Source of the DNA: Octopus sinensis | Taxonomy: Eukaryota | Length of the DNA: 64,000 nucleotides | Direction: 5' to 3' | NCBI RefSeq assembly: GCF_006345805.1 | Contig: NC_043005.1 | Span: forward strand, 1,860,001 to 1,924,000 | Made by a program: the position numbers and the translations under genes | In this document: piece by piece, positions 54,851-64,000 of the stretch | Layout: each line of letters opens with the position of its first letter | Numbering within the stretch: the first letter of the stretch is position 1 | The notes under the pieces: generated by a model | What the model saw: only the letters and a program-made list of their open reading frames with translations | The model's database searches: none | Told to the model about the DNA's origin: nothing

Positions 54851-54882
<32 letters not shown>

Positions 54883-55019
54883 AGCTTTTCTGTGAGATTT
54901 TCAGGGTCGAGTTAACCAAACGAGTCCCACTCTTACTGAAGACTACACCAATCGTGTACTAACATCGGGTATCTTACCTTCCTTATTAACCTCTCTTCCG
55001 CCATTTCTAAATCCTGATA

Positions 55020-55655
55020 AAAAACCCAGTCAATGGACAATGTCCTGAGTTCCTACAAGACCACGCTAGCTGGTGGCAGATGCACATGGAGGCATAACAA
55101 AGTGTTGAACGAACGGACTACTTCAATCTGGGGGCAAATGCAGTGGGACGCAACCAATTCAAAAGTGGCCTTCGTAACCAAAGAAGGAAAGGACTGGGCT
55201 GGATTGAAGAAGATAACTGGATATGAATTTGTGGCTGGTGGGAACCTATTTGGACGCGAGGATATTCCTTGGAAATAGGTGCAGACATCAGTGAGAAGCA
55301 CAAGAACTACTCAAAGTTCATCACCAAGAATAATTTGTGACCATAGTCTGAACAGGGAACTGGGTGCCAATCGAATTGTCAGTACCATACGAAAGCTGCA
55401 TAGAAGAGCAGGACATCTTTAAAATGAGCAAATATGGTAAGCTGGCAAAGCAGCTGGGGAATGATGGCTACCACTTTACTGTGAAACCACTTGAAGTTGT
55501 ATTGCGAGGATTCTGGCTACATCAGCTTGTCGGCTGCTCGGGCAGTTGGGTATGAAAGGCCTCAGAAGAACTGCCGCAATCAAACGCTTGTGTGATGTTA
55601 TTGAAATGAGCTCCATGTGAATATGGGCGAAGAGAAATGACCAATGGACCTAGTT
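55020..55655 (+). mobile_element. 3' coding end of a HERO-like (REL-type) non-LTR retrotransposon, decayed
   Basis: DNVLSS.KT.LAGGR.TWRHNKVL (55033..). IELSVPYE...KMSKYGKL..L...G...PLEV..RGF (55364..55555). AIKRL...E.SS..IWAKR C-terminus. Confidence 0.7.
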
Positions 55656-55714
55656 AAGAATTCCATTGGTTATTTACAGGAATAGAAGAAAGAAGAGAAC
55701 TGCTTCCTTCGTCG

Positions 55715-55801
55715 GTCAGAGTGGCAGAGTGGGCTGAAGCACAGACCTAGGAATACTAGTTCACATAAAGAACGATCCAGGTTCAAATCCCACTGGAGAC
55801 A
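55715..55801 (+). other. tRNA-Leu-like Pol III head (pseudo-tRNA/SINE head, long variable arm)
   Basis: GTCAGAGTGGCAGAGTGG...GGTTCAAATCCCACT..GACA, with A-box TGGCAGAGTGG and B-box GGTTCAAATCC. Acceptor and anticodon stems do not pair, so it is not a functional tRNA. Confidence 0.6.
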
Positions 55802-55863
55802 GGATTTTGGAAAGCAGCAGGAAGACACTTAGGAGTCATGACCTGGTGGGCCCGGCTCCCGTA

Positions 55864-55924
55864 GAGTGTCAGGTATAAGGGTTGAAACACTTGTCGGATG
55901 GGCGTTCTTCCTCTGGAGAACCCT
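55864..55924 (+). ncRNA. Candidate non-circularly permuted hammerhead ribozyme (core A6->G)
   Basis: Sequence reads GAGTGT C AGG tata AGGGT T GAA ACACTT ...(17 nt)... CCT CTGGAGA ACCCT. Stem III is 6 bp, stem I is 3 bp and stem II is 5 bp. Confidence 0.55.
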
Positions 55925-56879
55925 GCTGTGCGCTTGCTTTGCGACGAGTTTCTGTTATTTATAAATCTACTGATAGTCCGTTGATGTTCAGGAATTGATT
56001 GAATGACTACTGGGAAAGTCCGGTTGTCTCCTTGCTGAATAAAGTGGACCTCAAGGGCAAACCTAGGTGGTGTCAATCGGTTTCAAAACCCAGAGACTGA
56101 ATTCAGTATATATATATGCGCGCGCGCGTGTGTGGGCGGTTGAAAAGGAACACACGAATTGATATGTATAAGGAAAATAAGACAAGGTATCGTAAAGAAC
56201 ATTTTAGTACCGGTTTCAGGCTTTGCGACTTTTTCAACTTAGAATAAAACATGAAAAATAATTAAACTGTGTAAAAATTAAATGAAATGTTTTCTTTTAA
56301 ATATCTCCAACGTTTTCAAATGCAAGGGACATTTTCCTTTTTTCTGTCTGTCTCTCTTTTTTACTCTTATGGGTTCTAGGTAGTTAGCAGCAGCTAGTTT
56401 GATATGAATTCTTATTTTTGATGGTTTATATAAATATGAAATGATTTCTATATTTGTTGTCCCTATATTAGATACTAATGTTTACTGAAATCATTTAGAA
56501 AATTGTCTAAAGTATATTTACATAAATTTCTTAATATAGAATCTGCATGTCAAATGGTAGTAGACATTAAAACCTATAGAGCACTAATAGTCTATCTTCC
56601 CCTACCCCTCTAACTTCAACATACTAGCTTTTTGATAAAGTGCATTCAAATGTATCTGGGCTGAGTTCCTCAGAATAGGAATACATTTATTGGTTTTAAC
56701 ATTTGTTCTACCCATTCCTATATTTATAAATAGAATAATTCTTTGTCTCCATCCAACCAAAAGTCCCCTCCCCACACACAGATCTAAATAACAAAGTTAA
56801 AATCTACAGTCAGAGAGTAGATTTAATACTATCATGTTCTTAAGAATGAAATCAACCTCTCCGTATATCTACCCTCTTT

Positions 56880-57085
56880 ATAATGTTGGCAAATGAAATA
56901 GGGATAAGAATGTGCATTGTCCGTTTGATTGGATAATTTCTATAGGTGGCTTTTGTTCGCCTTGCGATGCCATGTGGGACCAGACACGAGACTGAAGAGA
57001 CCGGAAGGAATTACTTGCTCTCTGCAACCTGAAAGATATTTCCTCATCCAGGGAGCAAGAACGGCTGAGTGTGCTGTCCAGGTAG
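56880..57085 (-). mobile_element. RTE-like LINE RT C-terminal fragment
   Basis: YLDSTLSRSCSLDEEISFRLQRASNSFRSLQSRVW (ORF 56878..57129). Confidence 0.75.
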
Positions 57086-57164
57086 ACAAACAAACAAACA
57101 AACAAACAAACAAACGAACAAACGAACAAATAACATATATGTACCTATATATATATCTATATAT

Positions 57165-57227
<63 letters not shown>

Positions 57228-57919
57228 TATATAATATATATATATATATTATATAATATATATATAATATATATAGGTACACGCCTGCCTGCCTATTTAT
57301 TTATCTATCTGTCTGTCTATCTGTCTCTCTCTCTTTATATATACATATGTGTGTGTGTGCGTGTGCGTGTGTGTCTGGTAGAAGAAACAGGTAGCATAGA
57401 ACTGAATACATGAATATAGATACTATTTTTATTATTTTTATTTGACAGAAAGGCACCCATTGAGTAACTTATTGTAAGTTTTGCCGGATAAGATATAACT
57501 TTGCTGTCTTTCTCTGCGTCTTTATCAACCCACCCCTCTTTCTGTACACACACACACACACACATATATATATGTTGGTACATAGATATAGATACAAGCA
57601 CACGTATTGTTAGAGTTCGTGTAACTATGATAAAGTTGAAGTAACATTGTGTACATTTTGTTGCAACCGAACGACGTGGTTGTTTTAGGAGCATGTCGTA
57701 TATTAATAGCATTAATTTTGTGGGTAATTTGTTATCAAAATAGCAGATCATTAATTAATTAATTAATTAATTGCAACTGATACAACAAAACATGATAAAG
57801 CCGTGTTTGCAAACAACGCCTCAAATGCAGCCAAGAATTGATGGAATTTCAGACGCTGCAAAATGGGCTGACCAATGGCATGTTTATACCATTTGTATAT
57901 ATACTACATCCCCTCCTCA

Positions 57920-57998
<79 letters not shown>

Positions 57999-58039
57999 TG
58001 TGTGTGTGTATATGTATGTATAATATACATATCTATGTA

Positions 58040-59331
58040 CGAGGGGCGTTCAATAAGTAATGCCTCTGACCCACTTCCCATTGCAGTAGAGCAACGAAAC
58101 TTGGCACAGTTATTAGTCTTTTTCTACATAGGAACCACCCAGAGTTACGCATTTCTCCCATCGTTTGATGCAGCTCTGGAGACCGTTTTTGTAGAAGACC
58201 CCAGCTTGGTCCTCCAACCACGACGTGACTTCAGAAATCAAGGCTGCATCGTCTGGGAAACGCTTTCCTTTCAAAAACAACTTCATGGCTGGGAAGAGGT
58301 GAAAATCAGAGGGTGCAAGGTCAGGAGAGTAGGGGGATAGGGCAGGAGTTCATAGCCGCACGCCTGTGCTTCTGATCTAGCGACACACGAGTTGTGGACC
58401 GGAGCGTTGTCCTGCAGGAGGAGGATGCCTTTGCTGATCTTGCCTCGCCTCTTCATTTTGATAGCTTCTCTTAATTTCTTCAAAAGTGAAGCATAATAGG
58501 CTCCTGTAATTGTAGTACCCTTTGCCAGGAAATCTGTCATCACTACTCCGTCCTGGTCCCAGAAGACTGTGAGCATAACCTTGCCAGCGGAGGGCTGCAC
58601 CCTTGCCTTCTTTGGAGGAGGTGAGTCACGGTGCTTCCACTGCGTTGACTGAGCTTTGGTCTCTGGATCATAGTGATGGACCCAGGTTTCATCCTGTGTA
58701 ATCAGTCTTTTGAAAAATTTTGACTCATCCTCTTGGCACCTCTCCAAATTCATCCTTGAGCACTCGACGCGTTCTTGTTTCTGGAAAGGTGTGAGCAGCC
58801 TGGGAATCCATCTGGCAGACACCTTTTGCATATGCAAATGGTCATGAACGATAGTTTCCACAGACCCGGTACTAATCTTGACCTTATGGGCTATTTGGCG
58901 AATAGTTATGCGTCGATCTTCTAAAATGGCTGCCTCAACTTAACGGACAGATACCTCATCAATGGCAGAAGTGGGGCGACCAGATCTGGGAGCTGTTTCC
59001 ACAGAGTTCCGACCATGTTTGAATTCACAATGCCAGCGTTTTACAAGGTCATATGATGGGGCATCATCACCATAAGTTACTTTCATTTCATCAAAAGTCT
59101 CCTGTGGTGAGCGTCCTTTCAAATACAAAAACCGGATCACTGCTCGACATTCAACAGGCTCCATTTCACACTCGACTCAGTTCAAACATCTGTAAATCAG
59201 AAACCACGATTAGTTCAGAGCTGTAATTTACCACTTAATCTATGAAGATATAAATAATTGCACATGCAAAATTTCAGCTAGATCAAACAACTGCAAGTGG
59301 ATCAGGGGCATTACTTATTGAACGTTCCTCG
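58040..59331 (-). mobile_element. Full-length mariner (DD34D) DNA transposon, 1292 bp, 37-bp TIRs, TA target duplication
   Basis: TIRs are CGAGGGGCGTTCAATAAGTAATGCCTCTGACCCACTT (58040-58076) and its inverse at 59295-59331 (4 mismatches). TA lies at 58038-39 and 59332-33. Confidence 0.97.
58113..59164 (-). pseudogene. Mariner transposase (~350 aa) with one in-frame stop (58940-58942) and one 1-bp deletion (~58335)
   Basis: N-terminal HTH, WIPRLLT, TQDETW, QDNAPVH and (Y)SPDLAPSDF. There are 34 residues between the second and third catalytic D after frame repair. Confidence 0.95.
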
Positions 59332-59347
59332 TATGTGTATATCCACA

Positions 59348-59510
59348 GGCGCGGTCGTGACTATGTGGTAAGAAGCTTGCTTCCCAATCACATGGTTCTG
59401 GGTTCAGTACCATAGCGTGACACCTTGTGCAACTGTCACCTATTATAGTCTCGGACCAACAAAAGCCTTGTGAGAGGATTGGATAGACGGAAACTGAAAG
59501 AAGCTCACTG

Positions 59511-59543
<33 letters not shown>

Positions 59544-59670
59544 TATATATATAATATATATGTGCCTATGTCTGTGTGTTGTTTTTCTCGTCACCACCAT
59601 CGCTTGCATCCGGTGTTGGTGTGTTTATGTTCCAGTAACTTTGTGCTTCGCGCACACGCCAATCCGCTTG
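59348..59670 (+). mobile_element. tRNA-derived SINE (family of 61142)
   Basis: GGCGCGGTCGTGACTATGTGGTAAGAAGCTTGC...GGGTTCAGTACC...GACGGAAACTGAAAGAAGC. Confidence 0.7.
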
Positions 59671-59681
59671 CACACAGAAAT

Positions 59682-59731
<50 letters not shown>

Positions 59732-59889
59732 ACACACACACACACGCACACGCACACGCATACACACGCACACAAAACAAAAATATTGTAAAATAGTCTG
59801 ATTTATAAATGGTACTACTTTTGTATGCCAAAAGCAGAACATTTAGAATCAAGTAAAAATCTATGCATCAATCTATCTGTCTGTCTATC

Positions 59890-59928
59890 TATCATGTATA
59901 TATATATATATTATATATATATATATAG

Positions 59929-59969
<41 letters not shown>

Positions 59970-60288
59970 CACATGTATGTATATATATATATACATGTAT
60001 GTATATATATATGTATATATATGTATGTATAAATATTATGTGTGTATATGTGTGTATTTATATCTATATATGTATGCATATATATGTATATATATATATA
60101 ATATGTATATATATATATATTATATATATATATATATGTATATTATGTATATATATATGTATATATTATATGTATATATATATATATGTATGTATATATG
60201 TATGTATATATATATATATATACATACGTATATGTATGTATATACATATACATATATGTATATATATATATATAATATATATTATATA

Positions 60289-60350
<62 letters not shown>
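59890..60350. repeat. Long degenerate (TA)n/(TATG)n array
   Basis: Direct reading. Confidence 0.95.
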
Positions 60351-61141
60351 TTATATGTGTATGACTGTATAGACGTATGTATGTGTACACGCATATTTGT
60401 ATGTGTCCCCGAATGTTTTCGAGGTGAGCTGTAGAGAAGCTAGTTCGTGTGATGTTTGCTAAATTGAATGAAACATTTGGCAGCGATTTGAAAAATTCGC
60501 GTGATTCCTCGTAATCTTGGAGTTCTGTTACTCAATAATGGTGAAATATAACCAAAACCAAAACAATCCTCAAATAACAAACAAAATAAAAGATAAAAAA
60601 TACAATCTATAAAAGACAAAGAGGCGGAAGAAAGATTAAAACAAGAAAATATCTAAAAACCTCTCCATTTGATTTTTCTCTTTTAATTTTCCATTGATAT
60701 TGTTTTGATTGATTTATTCACCTGTGTAATATTTACTGTGTAGCAAGGTAGACAGCGTTTGGGTTGTCGTTTAGCAACAGCATTAATGAAGAAAAACAGC
60801 GGAATCGTTCGATCATCGATTACAATAACTTGGGCCAGTCGTTCCGGTTGTCTCCATCCTGAGCTGAAACTTCGCTCAAGAGAACTTTGCCCTTAATTCT
60901 TTCGTGACCAATAAACAAGAATCAGTCCATTTATTGTGGTCGATGGTGAAAAAACATGCTTTATATCTAACAGCGCCATCTACAGAGTTTCCTTGACGGT
61001 GATGTAGTATAACCGCTCTTTGTACTATCTTTCCTGTACACTCTTTGTCAAACCGATGACGCACTTTATCCTGAAGCACCGTTAATACAGGGACTTTTAA
61101 GAATTATTCATAACTTCATAAAAAAATATTTTCAGACTCAT

Positions 61142-61556
61142 AGGCGCAGGAGTGGCTGTGTGGTAAGTAGCTTGCTAACAAGCCACATGGTTCCGGGTTC
61201 AGTCCCACTGCGTGGCATCTTGGGCAAGTGTCTTCTGCTATAGCCCCGGGCCGACCAATGCCTTGTGAGTGGATTTGGTAGACGGAAACTGAAAGAAGCC
61301 TGTCGTATATATGTATATATATATGCGTGTGTGTTTGTTTGTGTGTCTGTGTTTGTCTCCCTAGCATTGCTTGACAACCGATGCTGGTGTGTTTACGTCC
61401 CCGTCACTTAGCGGTTCGGCAAAAGAGACCGATATAATAAGTACTGGGCTTACAAAGAATAAGTCCCGGGGTCGATTTGCTCGACTAAAGGCGGTGCTCC
61501 AGCATGGCCGCAGTCAAATGACTGAAACATTTAAAAGAGTAAAAGAGTTTAAAAGA
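61142..61556 (+). mobile_element. tRNA-derived SINE with internal (TA)/(TG) spacer and (AAAGAGT)n-like tail
   Basis: GGCGCAGGAGTGGCTGTGTGGTAAG...GGGTTCAGTCCCACTG...AAGGCGGTGCTCCAGCATGGCCGCAGTC...AAAAGAGTAAAAGAG. Confidence 0.85.
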
Positions 61557-62978
61557 GAGAGACGCTGAGAGAACGTCTTCTGATATTATCTCAGTTTCTG
61601 CTAACGTTGCATAGGAAGCAAAGACAAACGTTCCTTTGATGTGTATTGCCCAGCCGAGAAAATCTTTTGAGAGCCTTGTATCACTCTCGATGGAATGAGC
61701 ATATTATGGAGCCACTACGTTGTCGCTGGCAACCAAATCTCACTTAAATCCCAGCCTTCAGACTTAAACAAAGAAAGGTTGGTTTTGGTTGGAATACTTT
61801 TGACCATATTTTTTTTACATGGAGTCAGACCTGAAATTCATCAATCACAACGACATCAGTGATCTTTCCAGAGGCTTGTAAGGTAAACATTTTGAAATTA
61901 TATATTGCCCTTTGAGGGGTTGAATTATCCTTAAAATTCCATGTTATTTTATCATGTTTTCACAGTTCTTTTAACTACGAGTTCTCGTATCGAAACATGC
62001 AAAAAAAAAAAAAAAAAAAGAAAAAAGAAATGACAGAAAGAAAGTAAAATACAATGATATAAATCCAATGAACAGCTGATGCTGCATGTCGTTTCGAATC
62101 TGTAGCCGGAACTTGGTTGTACAGGAAAACGGAAACTAGGATATATGTATGATAGGAAAATCTAAAGAAGGAAATGTTAGAGGAAAAATTTCGAAACAGA
62201 ACCATGGTATTTACTCTTATAATAAATAGTAGATAATAGAAAATAGGTTCCGCTTGGTGAACTTGCTGTTAACACTCTCTATGCAGAGTAATCTTGCGTG
62301 GAGATCCATTAAGGAGATTATGAGGCTTTCATTTCATACATTTCATTATACTGATTCAGTAACTTCGCATATTTGGCGTCGATGTGAAATATAAGAGTGG
62401 TTGGGGGAGGTGTTGGTGGAGCGGGATTTGGCAATAAGGGAATATTCTCTCTCTAATTGTGGGGCAGGTTGTAAGCCATGAATTTATTCGATGGTATAAA
62501 TGTGTTGAAATGAGTGATATCTAATAAAATTTATTCAAGTTGTTTTGTGTGGGAGATGAATATTTCAAATTTCCATTAAACTAACCAGAGACAAAAAAGA
62601 AGAAAAAAAAAGAAAATCTAATTAAAATTAGCAAGTGTCTCTGTGACAATGTCATATTCCTTCATTTCATTTCTTCCTTGTTGTGAATGAGCCAAGGAAA
62701 AAGTTTTACATGGCCTGTTTGAAATAAGAGTTGACATCTCCATTATACCAATCATACTGTCTTAAATAAAAAGGAAGGACAGATTTGGAAAAAAAAGAAG
62801 AAAAACTGACGGAACAGACATAGTAGGAATGTCAATACTAACTGAGGGCGAAACCAGGGCATCGCAAAAAGAAAATAAGGTTTAAGAATCCTTGTTATGT
62901 GGATAACAAGTTGCTTCTAAGCTTTCAAACAAGCGGATGATTACAGAAGTTAGGGAAGGCAGTGACAGGGTTCAGTAA

Positions 62979-63178
62979 AGCAGCCGAGCTGGCAGAATCG
63001 TTGGAAGATTGGGGAAAATGCTGAGCAGTGTGTCGTCTCTCCTTACGTTCTGAGTTCAGATTCCGCCGAGGTCGACTTTGCTTTTCATCCTTTCGGCGGT
63101 GACACAATAAGTATCAGTTAAGCACTGGAGATCTATGTAATCTTCCGAAATTGCTGGCATTGTGCCAAAATATGAAAC
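62979..63178 (+). mobile_element. tRNA-derived SINE (family of 31109)
   Basis: GAGCTGGCAGAATCGTT...GAGTTCAGATTCCGCCGAGGTCGACTTTGC. Confidence 0.75.
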
Positions 63179-63204
63179 TATTATTATTATTATTATTATT
63201 ATTA

Positions 63205-63242
<38 letters not shown>

Positions 63243-63341
63243 CCATCATCATCATCATCATCATCAGTACTATTATAATTATTATTATTATTATATTATT
63301 ATTATTATTATTATATTATTATTATTATTATTATTATTATT

Positions 63342-63874
63342 GAGTGAGAGAGCAGTTCATGCCATCAGAGTGACACTGGGGTAAAATATACGAAGCCCAG
63401 TATACCCATCATGACTACCCGTCTGATAAAGGTACACCAGGCACATGCATCACAACCATATATGCGCGACATGGTGATCTCATATCAAGATAAACAGCAC
63501 ATGACCTTGCAGGTGGGGCCCAGTTAGAATTTTCTTCAGGTTGAGTAGCCCATCCCGCTCAAACGGTCCCTGAATAAGGGTTGTTTAAGGATGTTGAAAG
63601 AACCACCCATGTTTCCAGAGGTGAACTATTCAAACCCCAAAGAATCCCTCTGAACACATGGCTATGATACTCCCCCACTATTTCTGCTCGTGATCAGAGA
63701 TGCACATATCGTCAGCCACTAAGGGACATGCTCAACTGGTTAAGGTCAAACAACTGACAAGCAAATCTGTGGTATTGAGCAGAATATTTGCTGTAGCCCA
63801 TCTTTTATACCAAGACAAAACAATGTACATGATAACACTTCCAATCAGTTAAGAAACACTTCCAATCAGTTAAG

Positions 63875-63875
<1 letters not shown>
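63342..63875. repeat. Second copy of the ~540-bp (TTA)n-embedded repeat
   Basis: Homologous to 30257-30770; ends in a 21-nt tandem duplication (63834-63875). Confidence 0.8.
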
Positions 63876-63909
<34 letters not shown>

Positions 63910-64000
63910 CTAACCGAGCATTATTTGGTGTTTATAACATTGATCACGCAATCTGTATGGAACGGTGAGTATCGTAAAGTCTACAATATTTTGTCTACAA

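Noticed and set aside
55715-55801. Functional tRNA-Leu gene
   Set aside because: The acceptor, anticodon and T stems fail to pair, so it was kept only as a pseudo-tRNA/SINE head.
60780-61090. Non-repetitive-looking segment with a 67-aa minus ORF, a possible exon
   Set aside because: No motif or convincing splice pair could be identified by eye.

Overview
This is an AT-rich, microsatellite-saturated eukaryotic window. The SINE and repeat styles suggest a cephalopod such as an octopus, which is an inference. No host gene can be supported, and almost all interpretable sequence is transposon-derived. It contains tandem Tx1/L1-type LINEs (one full-length at about 3450-9492), R4/Dong-like, HERO-like and RTE-like LINE fragments, four Penelope-like (RT + GIY-YIG) fragments, a nearly intact DD34D mariner (58040-59331), tRNA-derived SINEs and fold-back/MITE-like elements. 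Two signals stand out. (1) There is a set of hammerhead-ribozyme (HHR) motifs. Five of them, in four unrelated repeats, show the same NON-circularly permuted strand order with covarying stems (13521-13572, 15577-15638, 16363-16424, 32711-32775, 55864-55924). Two of these sit in near-identical 286-bp direct repeats of a 786-bp-period, retrozyme-like element inserted in (TA)n. (2) There is an ORF1-only ('half-LINE') Tx1-derived element with an open 384-aa ORF1, a Tx1-type 3' end and a perfect 17-bp flanking direct repeat (22884-24640). All alignments and folds were done by eye and need computational and biochemical confirmation.
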